Positions 20,756 to 32,076 are shown, counted from the first letter of the stretch. The stretch: DNA of 40,998 bases from Sulfolobus sp. UBA167 (GCA_002495845.1 DAHF01000103.1:20755-61752), one strand, 5' to 3'. Program-made: numbers and translations. Notes: generated from the letters alone by a model not told the origin.

Positions 20756-20842
20756 ATATACTAAATTACTTAACAAGAATTAAAAAGGAAAAGGCGAAGT
20801 AGACGAAGCGAAAAAGTTTGAAGGGTCATGTATATATATTTT

Positions 20843-21610
20843 TTATTTCTCTTCTATTCTCTTCTTTGAAGCCCCGGTGAGATATACGTAAACGTTTACC
20901 TTAAAACTTCCCTTCAAACTGTTCAACACAGTCTCATCTCTTTTCTCTGAGCTTCCATCGTTAATGTAGACTTCCTTAAACTCTCCATTCATCATCAGAA
21001 CTCTGAAAGATATCCCTTCTCCAAGTCCTGAAATATATACAACTGGATATTTAGATACCTCAGTATACATGCTCTCTAGGAAAGTAGCAAGGTTTGGTTC
21101 AGCATCTATGTTTTCTGTCTTCTCTAACTTCGACTTCAATAATATTTTAGAGACGTCAGAGATTTTGCCTAAATCAAGCTTGCCAAAGTCCAGCCCTATT
21201 TCATTTGGCCTTTCCTCCTTAACTTGTTCAGCTATTGTCTTTGCGACTTCATTTCCAATTGTAGAAATTGCCTTAGAAACTATCCATTCCTTCTCTCCCA
21301 CATACTTTAACATGATTTTTATGCTACATTCCTTAGGGGACTGGTTTAGGGAGAACATCAGTTCCAAAAGCGAGCTTTTTGCCTTCAGCTTATACTCTAT
21401 GAAGTCCTTTCCGATCAAGCCTATCTCAGTCGAGAAGGTCTCCTTGTAGCTGAATATCCCCATCCTGTTGAACCTTAAAGTTACCTCATCTCCCTTCAGT
21501 CCTACTAGATAGGGAAGATTGCTTATTATGTTAGTTTTATCCATGAGCCATTTCTCGACACTCTTACATGATACCTCCGATGTAATATCCTGTGAGTATA
21601 ATTTTGTCAT
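20843..21610 (-). CDS. Hypothetical protein, possibly with an SRPBCC/CoxG-like N-terminal domain
   Basis: 255-aa ORF; N-terminal pattern SVEKWLMD..NIISNLPY; fold call is tentative. Confidence 0.65.
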   Translation of the reverse strand: MTKLYSQDITSEVSCKSVEKWLMDKTNIISNLPYLVGLKGDEVTLRFNRMGIFSYKETFSTEIGLIGKDFIEYKLKAKSSLLELMFSLNQSPKECSIKIMLKYVGEKEWIVSKAISTIGNEVAKTIAEQVKEERPNEIGLDFGKLDLGKISDVSKILLKSKLEKTENIDAEPNLATFLESMYTEVSKYPVVYISGLGEGISFRVLMMNGEFKEVYINDGSSEKRDETVLNSLKGSFKVNVYVYLTGASKKRIEEK

Positions 21611-21835
21611 GATATGCTCTATATTATATCATGATTTTAAGTATATCTATTATGTCTGATTTTAAATATATAACTTTTCCTTAACAATGTTAAAGAAACA
21701 CATCAGGTAGTGAAAGGAATAAAATTGTCAAAATAAAGAGAAAGAGGAAAAATGATTTAAGGCGTCTACGCGTCATTTGAGGATTATAGTAGGTTGAAAA
21801 TCTCTTTAAATAAATCCTTACTCTAAGGTAGAATC

Positions 21836-22768
21836 ATGAATGTTTTAGTTCTCTCAAAAGACGATTTATTAAAGGTAGCTGACAGCTCCACATTAGTTGA
21901 CTCCGCGAAGGAAGCGTTCTCCTCTTACTCAACCGGCAAGGTGACCCAGCCTGAAAGGCAAGTGGAAGTGGTAAACGGCAACTGGTGGGGTTCCATGATA
22001 GGGTTCAATGAGCAATCGTTTGGGATCAAGATAGTCAATGTGATCAATGAGAACAAGAAAAGAGGGAAGGCATCAGTTAACGGAGTAGCGATCCTTTTTT
22101 CCTCTGAAACTGGCGAGCCCGAGTGCATAGCTGAGGGTTCTACCTTGACCGCCCTGAGAACAGCTGCGGCGAGCGTCCTTTCCACATGGCTGGCATTGGG
22201 TAAAAAGTCTTTCAACTCTCTGGGGATTATAGGAGCCGGAGAAGAGGCATACTACCATGTGAAGATAGCCAAAGATTTTTTCTCAATTGGCAGTATAATG
22301 ATCCACGCTAGGTCTTCCCATGTGAGAATGGCTAAGGAACTGGATTTAATTGCCACAGATTTAAAGGAGCTCCTATCGTCCTCAGAGGTCATATTCTCTA
22401 CCACCTCTTCTCATGAACCCGTTGTTTTGGGAAAGTTCTTGAGACCGGACTTTCACGTTTCAAGCATAGGGGCCCACACTCCGGGTTCTAGGGAACTTGA
22501 TGACGACGTTATATCCAAAGCAAAGACGATCATCGTAGACTCTAAAGAGGCGGTATCTAAAGAGAGCGGGGACATTGTAATTCCTAGCAGTCTAGGGATG
22601 CTCGGCGACAAGGTAATTGAAATAGGAGAAGTCATCTCAAAGGGGATAAAGATAGAGAGGCCATCAGTTTTCAAGACAGTGGGCATCGCTTCTCAAGACC
22701 TTATGGCGATGAGCTACCTCTGTAAGAAAGCTGAGAGAGAGGGAATAGGAAGGGAAGTTGAAATGTGA
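21836..22768 (+). CDS. Ornithine cyclodeaminase / mu-crystallin family (alanine dehydrogenase-like)
   Basis: LTALRTAAAS, IIGAGEEA, SIGA..PGSRELD and FKTVGIASQD. Confidence 0.9.
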   Translation: MNVLVLSKDDLLKVADSSTLVDSAKEAFSSYSTGKVTQPERQVEVVNGNWWGSMIGFNEQSFGIKIVNVINENKKRGKASVNGVAILFSSETGEPECIAEGSTLTALRTAAASVLSTWLALGKKSFNSLGIIGAGEEAYYHVKIAKDFFSIGSIMIHARSSHVRMAKELDLIATDLKELLSSSEVIFSTTSSHEPVVLGKFLRPDFHVSSIGAHTPGSRELDDDVISKAKTIIVDSKEAVSKESGDIVIPSSLGMLGDKVIEIGEVISKGIKIERPSVFKTVGIASQDLMAMSYLCKKAEREGIGREVEM

Positions 22769-23290
22769 TTATTTACCTTTCCAAATTACATCTGGGTTGT
22801 TCGTTTTTCTATTTATCCATAACGCTAGTACGAATAGAAGGGAAGAAAGCCTGTTCAAGTAAACTATGTGGACTTCCTTCACCATTTGATTGTTTTCCCT
22901 TATCAGCCCCACTACGCTTCTCTCTGCCCTTCTGCAAACGCTTCTGGCTAGGTGTAGGAACGACGCGGCCTCATGCCCTCCAGGTAAGACGAAATTCTTA
23001 AGGGGAGGGAGGTCAGCTGACATTTTCTCTATGGACGTTTCGAGGAACTTCACCTTACCGTAACTGAAGTTCATGTCGAATCCAGCTATTTCAGACGACA
23101 ACGAGAAGATGTCCGACTGCAACTGGGTTATGAGGTCATACAATGGAGGGTATAAAGACGCGACTACGCCCAGTATTGAATTTAGCTCATCTAGATTACC
23201 TAGGGCTTCGACCATCTTGTCGTTTTTCCATACCTCCCCTACGGAAGGGACTTTAGTTTTTCCCTTATCTCCGGTTCCAGTGTACCACAT
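22769..23290 (-). CDS. pduO: PduO-type ATP:cob(I)alamin adenosyltransferase
   Basis: [33 protein letters not shown] and YLNRLS. Confidence 0.93.
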   Translation of the reverse strand: MWYTGTGDKGKTKVPSVGEVWKNDKMVEALGNLDELNSILGVVASLYPPLYDLITQLQSDIFSLSSEIAGFDMNFSYGKVKFLETSIEKMSADLPPLKNFVLPGGHEAASFLHLARSVCRRAERSVVGLIRENNQMVKEVHIVYLNRLSSLLFVLALWINRKTNNPDVIWKGK

Positions 23291-23303
23291 TAGCAAAGTA
23301 TTC

Positions 23304-24824
23304 CTATCCGTTGATTAAAAGCCTCATTATTTCCCTTTCGTAGAGCACGTTGGTGAGTTTTCCATCCTTATCGACGACTGCTATCAATGGTTTCTCAGTC
23401 TCTCTAAATTTCTTTAGCACACTGGAGACTTTTGATCCCTCGTCTACGGTTTCCACTTCGTCAAGGTAAACGTCGCATACGTTAAGTCTGTCGTAAAGGT
23501 TTGGGTCTATCGCTATTACCGTGTTCATCGATATATATCCTATGGGTTTTAGTTCCTGGTCTACGACTACTGCTCCTCTGACTTTCTTCTCAGTTAGGAT
23601 GAATACTGCATCCTTCAAAGAGTTCTCACATGTGACGTAAACCAAGTCTTTAGCTAGGTCAGAAACGCTTTGAGATAATTTCACCTTTCTGTTATCTTCT
23701 ACTCTCTTCTCACATCTTACGTTAATCCTCTTAAAGAGCAGGGGTATTATCAGCGTGGAAAATGTTATTGCCAATACCGCTTCGGAGTACTCCTCTCCGT
23801 TTATGTAACCAGCTGAAAGCGCGGTGATCAGAAGCGAAGTGTCTACGCCTCCTTTCACTGCAGTCCCTAAGGCATTGAACGTCAGGTTCAAGTTAACCAG
23901 CCTTGATGTTATCCCTCCTATTAGTATCTTAGACGACATGGCAATGGAAGAGACTAATAGACCAATTATTAATATGTCTGGTGTAATTTTAACAAAGTAC
24001 AATCCTATGCTCACGAAAAATAACGGCTCAAAGAATCCATAGGTGAAGGCATGTAGCTTTTCCCTCAACTCTGGCCTATCACTGAGGTAGTCCCTGAGGA
24101 GGAAACCTAGGAAAAGAGCTGCTATAGCCGAGTTGAACCTGTAAGTATCTGCAAGGAACCCTATCACAAGGATTGCTGAGATCAGGGTAGCGAACTCTAT
24201 TTCCCTCACTTTAAAGACTGACTCTAACTTTTCTAGGCCCATTGAAATATATCTTCCTATCAAAATTATTGCTATAACAATTACAATTACTTCAACCATG
24301 GAAGTAATTATGTGAGCCGTGTCCTGAAGAATAGCGAACATTATTACCGCCATTATCTCGTCTATTATGACTTGATAGAACAGATAGTTCCCCTGCAGCC
24401 TTTTGCTCATCCCTACGTCGATGAGTAGCCTCGTTAATGGCCCTGCACTGCTCATCGCTAAGGGTACGGATATCAGGAGAATGTCGTTAAAACCTCCTAG
24501 CGCATATAAACCTAAAGCTATTATCGAAAAAGGGAAGGAAAGTTGTAATATAGCTGAGAGAAAGAATTTTTTATCAATTTTTGTCTTGACCTCAAATTCT
24601 TCAGCTCCGGCTAAAAAGAGGAGGAAGACTATACCTAAAGACGTGATAAAAGAGATGATGCTATTGACATGAACTATGCCTAATCCACCTTCTCCCATGA
24701 TTATTCCAGTCACTATCGAGCCTACGAAGGGGACGAGTCCTATCCTTCTGAATCCCTCTTCCAACGTCTTCGCTATGAAGAGTAGAATTCCTATGAAGAG
24801 TAAAGAGATCACTTCAATTGACAT
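23304..24824 (-). CDS. CPA2 cation:proton antiporter with C-terminal CBS pair
   Basis: Many hydrophobic segments, [23 protein letters not shown]; CBS-like AVVVDQ and AVVDKDGKL. Confidence 0.88.
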   Translation of the reverse strand: MSIEVISLLFIGILLFIAKTLEEGFRRIGLVPFVGSIVTGIIMGEGGLGIVHVNSIISFITSLGIVFLLFLAGAEEFEVKTKIDKKFFLSAILQLSFPFSIIALGLYALGGFNDILLISVPLAMSSAGPLTRLLIDVGMSKRLQGNYLFYQVIIDEIMAVIMFAILQDTAHIITSMVEVIVIVIAIILIGRYISMGLEKLESVFKVREIEFATLISAILVIGFLADTYRFNSAIAALFLGFLLRDYLSDRPELREKLHAFTYGFFEPLFFVSIGLYFVKITPDILIIGLLVSSIAMSSKILIGGITSRLVNLNLTFNALGTAVKGGVDTSLLITALSAGYINGEEYSEAVLAITFSTLIIPLLFKRINVRCEKRVEDNRKVKLSQSVSDLAKDLVYVTCENSLKDAVFILTEKKVRGAVVVDQELKPIGYISMNTVIAIDPNLYDRLNVCDVYLDEVETVDEGSKVSSVLKKFRETEKPLIAVVDKDGKLTNVLYEREIMRLLING

Positions 24825-25028
24825 TTGCGTAGAGATGGCTTTAGGCTCAAATATCTTTAGTTAATACATGACCTGAAGTTATTATATAACTCGACTTCTT
24901 ATGTTAGTTGAGGATTTCGTGGTTTTGGGAAATTAGAGTCTCTATAAGCATTTTTTATATGCCATTAAAATAATTTGTGCAAATAGCTCAACTCTCTCCA
25001 GCTCTGCGTTATACCAAGAGAATAGCAG

Positions 25029-25056
25029 TGTTTATATTTTTTAGACAATATAAACA
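25029..25056. promoter_or_regulatory. Perfect 10-bp inverted repeat overlapping the acr TATA box
   Basis: TGTTTATATT-N8-AATATAAACA; TTTATA at 25031 is about 30 nt upstream of ATG 25061. Confidence 0.55.
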
Positions 25057-25060
25057 AACA

Positions 25061-26062
25061 ATGAAAGCTGTAGTAGTAACTGGGCACAAACAGGGGTATA
25101 AGGTTCAGGAAATAAGCGACCCGAAGCCTGAGAAAGGAGAGTTGGTAATAAAAGTTGATAGGGCCGCACTTTGTTATAGAGACACCCTTCAGCTTAAGGG
25201 GTTTTATCCTAGAATGAAATATCCAGTAGTTTTAGGCCATGAAGTAGTAGGTACTGTGGAACAAGTTGGCGAAGGCGTGACCCAATTTAAGGAAGGAGAT
25301 AAGGTGATATCACTCCTCTACGCTCCTGACGGTGAATGTGAGTATTGTAGAGCTGGAGAAGAAGCTTATTGTCACCATAGGCTTGGTTATTCAGAAGAGC
25401 TAGACGGATTCTTTGCGGAGAAGGCTAAGCTGAAAGTGACTAGCGTAATCAAAGTTCCTTCCGGTGTATCAGATGAAGGGGCAGTCTTAGTCCCCTGTGT
25501 TACTGGGATGGTCTACAGAGGTCTTACAAGGGCTAAGCTGAAGAAAGGTGAAACCGTTCTAGTTACTGGAGCTAGCGGAGGAGTAGGCATACATGCGATT
25601 CAGGTAGCTAAGGCGATGGGGGGCAAGGTGATAGGCGTGACCACGTCTGAAGAGAAGGCTGAAGTTATAAGCAAATTTGCAGACCACGTCATAGTCGGAA
25701 AGGAATTTTCTTCTGAAGCAAAAAAGATCTCAGATGTAAATGTAATTGTGGACACAGTAGGTACGCCTACCCTAGAAGAAGGGCTCAAGTCCCTTTGGAT
25801 GGGCGGAAGGATAGTACAGATCGGTAATGTTGACCCATCTGCACCTTTCAACTTGAAATTAGGTTATGTAATACTTAAGGATATAGAAATTATAGGGCAT
25901 GCGTCAGCCACTAAAAAGGACGCTGAGGGAGCTTTGAAGCTGACGGCTGAAGGGAAAATAAATCCAGTGATAGCAGGTACTCTTCCTTTAGAGGAAGTAG
26001 ATAAAGGGTATGAGTTACTTAAGGACAAGTCTAAAGTGGGCAAGGTTTTATTAAAGCCTTGA
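25061..26062 (+). CDS. acr: Acryloyl-CoA reductase (Zn-dependent MDR; 3-hydroxypropionate/4-hydroxybutyrate cycle)
   Basis: AALCYRD.LQL.GFYPRMKYPVVLGHE and APDG.CEYC..GEEAYC..RLGYSEELDGFF match the Sulfolobales enzyme as I recall it; GASGGVG; start at ATG 25061. Confidence 0.85.
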   Translation: MKAVVVTGHKQGYKVQEISDPKPEKGELVIKVDRAALCYRDTLQLKGFYPRMKYPVVLGHEVVGTVEQVGEGVTQFKEGDKVISLLYAPDGECEYCRAGEEAYCHHRLGYSEELDGFFAEKAKLKVTSVIKVPSGVSDEGAVLVPCVTGMVYRGLTRAKLKKGETVLVTGASGGVGIHAIQVAKAMGGKVIGVTTSEEKAEVISKFADHVIVGKEFSSEAKKISDVNVIVDTVGTPTLEEGLKSLWMGGRIVQIGNVDPSAPFNLKLGYVILKDIEIIGHASATKKDAEGALKLTAEGKINPVIAGTLPLEEVDKGYELLKDKSKVGKVLLKP

Positions 26063-26300
26063 TAGCAAATGGGATAAGGGGTAGCATTCGTAAATATAGC
26101 AGGTAAAATACTTTTATTCAGTTATTCATTTCTTTTTTATAATTAGGAAGACTTGATCTACCTTGATAAACTTCGTGCCAACTCTTCAAAGGCATCTGAA
26201 TATTTTAAAAAGGTCTACCATGGAATTAAGTACATGGAAAAAGAGATTGATGACCCTCTATCTATAAAAATGCCCCCTCCACTCTTCTGCATGACTGAAG

Positions 26301-27500
26301 ATGACGTTAGAAGAATTAAACTCGAAATACAATGCATTCATAACATTTCATGAGATTTCCCCTGAAAAGGAAGGGATATTATCAGGCCTCACGTTCGGTA
26401 TAAAGGACATTTTCTTGACAAAGGGAATAAGAACTACAGCTGGTTCTAGAGTGCTGAAAGATTACGTACCAAAAAGCAACGCTTATGTCGTAGATCAAAT
26501 TCTTCAGAACGGTGGAAGGGTAATAGGTAAGACCAACACCCACGAGTTCGCCTTGGGCGCGACTAATACTTCTTCCATAGCAGGTCCGGCTAGAAACCCC
26601 CATGACCCTTCGAGGATAAGTGGAGGCTCTAGTGGAGGCTCTGCGGTTGCTGTAGCTTTAGATATGGTCGACGTAGGGATAGGGTCTGATACTGGCGGGT
26701 CTATACGCATACCTGCATCCCTATGTGGCGTAATAGGTTTCAAGCCGACAACTGGTCTGGTTCCTCTAGACGGCGTCATTCCTTTCAGTTGGTCTATGGA
26801 CACAGTAGGGATAATGTCTAAGTCGTTCGACAAGATACTGTTAACTTTCAATTCATTATTGCCTTACGATAAGAGAAAGGTATTAGTTTCCCAATTGCCT
26901 TCTAAACCTAAGATAGGGGTTTACCTTTTCGGCGACGACCAAGGTTCTCAGTCGCTCTCTAAAGTTTTAGATAAGATTTCCTCCGAATTTGAAGTAAAAC
27001 AAGTCAATCTCAATATGCTCACGTACTTCGGAAGCCACGTCAGACAGACAATAGCGGTAGCAGAGGCCTCCTCGTACCATAAGGAATGGATAAACTCCTA
27101 TGCGGGCCTCTACTTCGACGATACTAAGAACATCCTGCTCTCAGGCTTCAAGATATCTGCGGTTGACTACGTTGACGCGATGAGGGCTAGAAGGGCATTG
27201 CTGGAGGAGTACCTAAAGGCTTTCAGAGACGTAGACGTGATAATATCTCCTACAACTAAGATAGTCGCACCTAAGATAGATGAAGTTAAGGGAAGGGAAT
27301 CCCAGTTTAGGTATCAGCTGATTTCAAACACCGAGCTATTCAGTGTAGTCGGTGCCCCCTCAATTTCGATACCATTGGGGTCAGGACCAGAAGGCCTTCC
27401 TTTAGGGCTCATGGTCAGTGGTGAGCCGTTTGAAGACGGAAAGTTGCTCAGGATAGCGTCGATGCTCCAAGACCAATTTGGTTCTAAGCAAGTTTCTTAA
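26301..27500 (+). CDS. Amidase-signature family protein
   Basis: GIKD, GKTNTHEFA, GGSSGGSA and GSDTGGSIRIPA. Confidence 0.92.
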   Translation: MTLEELNSKYNAFITFHEISPEKEGILSGLTFGIKDIFLTKGIRTTAGSRVLKDYVPKSNAYVVDQILQNGGRVIGKTNTHEFALGATNTSSIAGPARNPHDPSRISGGSSGGSAVAVALDMVDVGIGSDTGGSIRIPASLCGVIGFKPTTGLVPLDGVIPFSWSMDTVGIMSKSFDKILLTFNSLLPYDKRKVLVSQLPSKPKIGVYLFGDDQGSQSLSKVLDKISSEFEVKQVNLNMLTYFGSHVRQTIAVAEASSYHKEWINSYAGLYFDDTKNILLSGFKISAVDYVDAMRARRALLEEYLKAFRDVDVIISPTTKIVAPKIDEVKGRESQFRYQLISNTELFSVVGAPSISIPLGSGPEGLPLGLMVSGEPFEDGKLLRIASMLQDQFGSKQVS

Positions 27501-27536
27501 GCTTTCAAGTTAATCTTAACTAGGTGTATCTATAAC

Positions 27537-28175
27537 TTGACCGAAGTTAACTTGAAAGACAAGATATTAAAGGGAACTACAACCGTAGGGCTGAAAGTAA
27601 AGGACGGTGTCGTACTAGCAGCAGACAGGAGGGCTAGTGCTGGAGTATACGTCGCCCATAAATTTGTGAGGAAAGTACTTTACGTTACTGACACTATAGG
27701 TGTGACTACCGCAGGTAGTGTTGCAGACATACAGTTCGTATATAATATCTTAAAGAATACATATAACTATAATAAGATAAGTGGAAGCGGTCCGACAACT
27801 ATTAAGGGATTAGCTATGTACCTAGGTACAGTGCTTTCGAGGAACAAGTACTTTCCTTATGTGGTTCAGATCCTTCTAGGCGGATATGACAGTAACGGGT
27901 CGTCTCTATATAATTTAGATTACATAGGTGACGTCACAGAGGAACGCTACACCGCTACGGGCTCAGGATCCCCGGTCGCTGTAGGTGTGTTGGAGGATGG
28001 TTATAGGGAAGACCTTTCATTAGACGAGGCTGCCGATCTAGCCAGGAGGGCAGTTTTCTCCGCTATAAAGAGGGACTCCTTCACCGGTACTGGGGTGATA
28101 GTCACAAAGCTGGGCAAGTCGGGTCATGAAGAGAAGGAGTTCTATATCAAGAAAGGAACTGTAGAGGGGCAGTAG
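27537..28175 (+). CDS. psmB: Proteasome beta subunit (13-aa propeptide)
   Basis: KG/TTTVG processing site, [17 protein letters not shown] and RDSFTG. Confidence 0.95.
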   Translation: MTEVNLKDKILKGTTTVGLKVKDGVVLAADRRASAGVYVAHKFVRKVLYVTDTIGVTTAGSVADIQFVYNILKNTYNYNKISGSGPTTIKGLAMYLGTVLSRNKYFPYVVQILLGGYDSNGSSLYNLDYIGDVTEERYTATGSGSPVAVGVLEDGYREDLSLDEAADLARRAVFSAIKRDSFTGTGVIVTKLGKSGHEEKEFYIKKGTVEGQ

Positions 28176-28209
28176 CGTTTTTATAAATAGCTTTTATATT
28201 ATATCTTAT

Positions 28210-28653
28210 ATGATAGTAAAATCAGTTTTCAAGGAAGGGGAGTTCATTCCGTCAAAGTATACATGCGACGGTGAAGACGTCTCTCCAAAGCTCTCGTGGG
28301 ATAAGGTCGATAACGCTAAGTCTTATGCCATCATTATGGAGGACCCAGACGCCCCTTCAGGGATTTTCATACACTGGATAGCCTATAACATTAAGTCGAA
28401 TTCTTTAGAGGAAGGCATAAGTAGAAGGGAGAAGGTTGGTGATATAACACAAGGAGAGAACGATTTCGGGAACATAGGTTATGGTGGTCCGTGTCCTCCA
28501 AGGTCTCACGATGCCCATAGGTACTTCATCAGGGTCTATGCCTTGGATTCAGACGTAAATAGGAAGATGACATTGGAGGAGCTCAGGGAGTTCATCAAAA
28601 CCCATAAGGTAGATGAAGGATATTTAATGGGTAAATACAAGAGGGCTAAATGA
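28210..28653 (+). CDS. YbhB/YbcL (PEBP) family protein
   Basis: YTCDGEDVSP, DPDAP, HW, GYGGPCPP and HRY. Confidence 0.93.
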   Translation: MIVKSVFKEGEFIPSKYTCDGEDVSPKLSWDKVDNAKSYAIIMEDPDAPSGIFIHWIAYNIKSNSLEEGISRREKVGDITQGENDFGNIGYGGPCPPRSHDAHRYFIRVYALDSDVNRKMTLEELREFIKTHKVDEGYLMGKYKRAK

Positions 28654-28679
28654 ACGCATGGAAAAGAGCATGTTAGGCA

Positions 28680-29026
28680 TTAAAAGACTGAAAGTCTTTC
28701 TAGGTGGTGAAATAGTTTTTTTAAATAAAAAATTCTTTTCCTCTTTCCCTTTTTTCCTGATGACGTATGCAACAATTTCTCTAATATTAAGGTCAGCTTT
28801 TCTCCGGATTTCGTTACAACTACCACGAAGTGAGCCATGTTTCCTGCATCTATGGTTATCTCATAACCTTCTGCTTTTTCGCTAATTATATGCCTATTTC
28901 AAACTGATTCATTTTAACCGAACTATAATCCATTACTTTGAAATAGTTGGGTCTATATAATATATTTCCTTTTATCTTTTCAAAAATATCACCATTTTCT
29001 GTTATATCTTCAGCTTTTATTTCCAT
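28680..29026 (-). pseudogene. Possible frameshifted gene remnant in an AT-rich interval
   Basis: GGTGA SD and ATG 29026 open a 46-aa ORF ending at 28886; a shifted frame stays open from about 28898 to 28680 with protein-like sequence. Confidence 0.35.
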
Positions 29027-29315
29027 TTTATCACCTAATAGATAGATTGATATCTGCGTTTTTTTCCTGGTAATATTATGAGTACTGAATTGCAGGGTAG
29101 ATATACCTTATTTGTTAAACGAGGCATCTCTGTTGAAAAGTTTTCGTAATAATGCGAATTCTTGAAAGAAAAAATGTTAACCTTGTTATAGACAGATTTA
29201 TATAGAGAAATCACGTCATCACTTATTTCTCTCATCGCTCATTTAATGTTAATGGGATTCCTCTTGATGCTTGAGGCAGGATACATTAATAGGCGTATCA
29301 ATTAAACAATAACAC

Positions 29316-30311
29316 ATGAGCACTCTCGAAGATGCTTTGTGGACCGAGAAGTACAGACCTAGGACTCTGAGCGATGTGGTGAACCAAAAGGAGATAGTGG
29401 AGAGACTTAAGAAGTTTATTTCAGAAAAGAACATGCCACATCTGCTTTTCGCAGGTTCGCCAGGCACTGGTAAAACCACCATTGCCCTTGCGTTGGTTCG
29501 CGACATGTTCGGGGATAACTTCAGGGACTATTTCTTGGAGCTCAACGCAAGCGACGAAAGGGGGATAGACGTGATAAGGAACAAGGTGAAGGAATTCGCT
29601 AGAGCTTTGCCTGGCAAGGAAGTACCTTTCAAAGTGATATTACTTGACGAGGCTGACAACATGACCTCGGACGCGCAGCAGGCACTCAGGAGGACGATGG
29701 AGCTTTTCACATCTACAACCAGGTTCATACTGGCTTGCAACTACCTGAGCAAGATAATCGAGCCTATCCAGTCGAGGACAGCCCTATTTAGGTTCTACCC
29801 ATTGAAAAAGGAGGACGTGGTTGCTAGGCTGACTTATATCGCAAACAAGGAGAAGGTGTCTTACGATGAGGACGCATTAGAAGCAATATATGACGTCACC
29901 ATGGGGGACATGAGGAAATCCATAAACCTGCTTCAGTCGTCCTCTGCCTACGGCAAGGTCACAGTTGAGTCAGTTTACAAGGTACTAGGCCTAGCGAAAC
30001 CTAAGGAGATAGAGGAGATGATGAACTACGCAATCCAAGGGGACTTCGCTAACGCCAGAAGCAAGTTAAGGGAACTCTTAATCACATACGGCCTCTCTGG
30101 AGAGGACATAGTAAAGCAAATGCACCGCGAAATAGTCGGGGGCAACTCCTTGAAGATACCAGAGGAGCTAAAGGTAGTCATCGCGGACTATCTGGGAGAA
30201 GCTGAGTTCAGAATAATAGAAGGAGCTGACGACGACATTCAGCTCAGCGCAGTCTTGGCTAAGCTTTCCATTCTGGGGAGCAAATACGTGGGCGAGAGTG
30301 CGTCCAAGTGA
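29316..30311 (+). CDS. rfcS: Replication factor C small subunit
   Basis: [30 protein letters not shown] and QSR; no intein. Confidence 0.97.
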   Translation: MSTLEDALWTEKYRPRTLSDVVNQKEIVERLKKFISEKNMPHLLFAGSPGTGKTTIALALVRDMFGDNFRDYFLELNASDERGIDVIRNKVKEFARALPGKEVPFKVILLDEADNMTSDAQQALRRTMELFTSTTRFILACNYLSKIIEPIQSRTALFRFYPLKKEDVVARLTYIANKEKVSYDEDALEAIYDVTMGDMRKSINLLQSSSAYGKVTVESVYKVLGLAKPKEIEEMMNYAIQGDFANARSKLRELLITYGLSGEDIVKQMHREIVGGNSLKIPEELKVVIADYLGEAEFRIIEGADDDIQLSAVLAKLSILGSKYVGESASK

Positions 30312-31600
30312 GCAACCTCCAGTGGTTCATAAAGTACAGACCTAAGTCGCTGGCAGAAGTGGAAAACCAGGAAGAAGCTAAGGAGGAGCTGAAGTCTTGG
30401 ATGGAAAGCTGGATTCAGGGGAAGCCAAAGTATAAAGCCGTCCTTCTCAACGGACCCCCAGGAGTTGGGAAAACTACGATTGCAGAGGCATTAGCAAGGG
30501 ACTACAACATGGAGCTTCTAGAGATGAACGCAAGCGATTCCAGGAGGCTGAACGATATCAGGGAAATAGCGGAGAGGGCTTCAACCTCGAGTAGCTTGTT
30601 CGGGAGGGGAGGAAGACTGATACTCTTGGATGAAGTCGATGGTATAAATAGCAGGCAAGATGCCGGGGCAATTCCGGGGATATTGGATGTGATAGAAAGG
30701 TCTAAGTCTCCGATAATTTTGACTGCAAACAACGCGTGGGACCCCTCATTGAGGGAGCTCAGAACTGCCGTAAGGCTGATAGACCTACATAGGCTTGGAA
30801 AGATACCTTTGAAGAAAATATTAGAGAGAATATGCAAGGCTGAAAAGGTCATCTGCGATCCTAAAGGCATAGGTGCGATAGCAGACCTCAGTGAAGGCGA
30901 CGGCAGGTATGCCATCAACATGTTGCAGAGCATAGCCGAGGTCTACAGGAAGGTTACGGAGGACCTAGTCAAAGACCTAGTCAGAAAAAAGGACAGGACG
31001 CTGGACCCTTTCGAGACGTTGAGGGGAATATTTTGGGCTAAATATTTCTGGCAAGCTAGGAGTGCTTCGACTACTTCAGAGGTCGATTATGAACTGCTAA
31101 TGAGATGGTTGTCTGAGAACGTTCCGGTTCAGTTCGATAATGCGGAGGACGTCTTCAGGGGTTTCGATGCTCTCAGCAGGGCATCGATTTTCCTGAAGAG
31201 GTCTAAGCTGGGCGATTGGGATCTTCTCAGCTACGTGTTTGACCTTATGGGACCTGGGGTAGCATTCTCAGAGTCCTCCAAGTCGAGCGGACAGTGGAAG
31301 GCTAAATGGAGGAAATATCAGTTTCCCACTTATGTGCAACAGATGTCTAAAAGCAAGGATAGCAGGGACGCGCTGAAAATAGCATCCGAGAAGATAGCCA
31401 AGGCTACACATTGCTCCTCCGATAAGGCTATAACGGACTACGTTCCTTTCATGAAGTTCATGAAGGTAGAGGGCTTCTCAGCTGAGGAAATGACAGTCAT
31501 GGGAAGCTTGGAAGTGCAAGGAAACCAAGGCGATGAGAAAGGAGAGAGAGGAAAGGAAACTAGAACTACTCGGTCTAGGAGGACTAGGAAGAGGACTTGA
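30308..31600 (+). CDS. rfcL: Replication factor C large subunit
   Basis: [18 protein letters not shown] and DEVD; follows rfcS. Confidence 0.95.
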   Translation: MSNLQWFIKYRPKSLAEVENQEEAKEELKSWMESWIQGKPKYKAVLLNGPPGVGKTTIAEALARDYNMELLEMNASDSRRLNDIREIAERASTSSSLFGRGGRLILLDEVDGINSRQDAGAIPGILDVIERSKSPIILTANNAWDPSLRELRTAVRLIDLHRLGKIPLKKILERICKAEKVICDPKGIGAIADLSEGDGRYAINMLQSIAEVYRKVTEDLVKDLVRKKDRTLDPFETLRGIFWAKYFWQARSASTTSEVDYELLMRWLSENVPVQFDNAEDVFRGFDALSRASIFLKRSKLGDWDLLSYVFDLMGPGVAFSESSKSSGQWKAKWRKYQFPTYVQQMSKSKDSRDALKIASEKIAKATHCSSDKAITDYVPFMKFMKVEGFSAEEMTVMGSLEVQGNQGDEKGERGKETRTTRSRRTRKRT

Positions 31601-32030
31601 CCTTTTTTACCACTTCTATGTCCTCAATTTTAGTCTCGGGGTATTGTCCTTCAGAGTCCTTTTCGTATTTCTTAACCATGTCCCACACTGTAAGTAAAGT
31701 TACAGATACTCCAGTTAGGGCTTCCATCTCGACCCCGGTCTTGTAGTGAGCTAAGACCTCACAAGTCGCTTCTACGAAATCATCCCCTATGTTCAGCTCA
31801 ACATTTACGTGCTCTAAGGGTATAGGGTGACACATTGGAATCAAGTCAGACGTCCTCTTTACTGCCAATATGCCTGCTGTCTTAGAAACGTTAACCACGT
31901 CTCCCTTCTCAACTTGGTTGTTCTTTATAAGCTCAATTGTACTTCTTTTCAGCTTTATCCTTCCTCTAGCTATGGCTTCCCTCCGCACTTCCTTTTTTTG
32001 CGATATATCGACCATCTTAGTTTCTGCCAT
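31584..32030 (-). CDS. moaC: Cyclic pyranopterin monophosphate synthase
   Basis: [18 protein letters not shown] and TGVEMEAL. Confidence 0.96.
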   Translation of the reverse strand: MAETKMVDISQKKEVRREAIARGRIKLKRSTIELIKNNQVEKGDVVNVSKTAGILAVKRTSDLIPMCHPIPLEHVNVELNIGDDFVEATCEVLAHYKTGVEMEALTGVSVTLLTVWDMVKKYEKDSEGQYPETKIEDIEVVKKVKSSS

Positions 32031-32076
32031 ATCTACTCATTTGAGTTCATTTTTTAAAAATTTTTTCTAATTTAAG

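Noticed and set aside
19904-20776. Tyrosine recombinase as the integrase of a provirus or island
   Set aside because: It is flanked by housekeeping genes, with no att repeats or cargo, and fits chromosomal XerA. I could not identify an adjacent 11-6-11 dif-like site either.
24977-25060. N-terminal extensions of acr (and similarly 8889-9011 and 36872-36976)
   Set aside because: These stretches are promoter or neighbouring-gene sequence; the family-typical proteins begin at the downstream ATGs.
26247-26298. C/D box sRNA (TGATGA at 26248, CTGA at 26295)
   Set aside because: The length is plausible but there are no convincing C'/D' boxes, and the interior holds the likely amidase TATA box.
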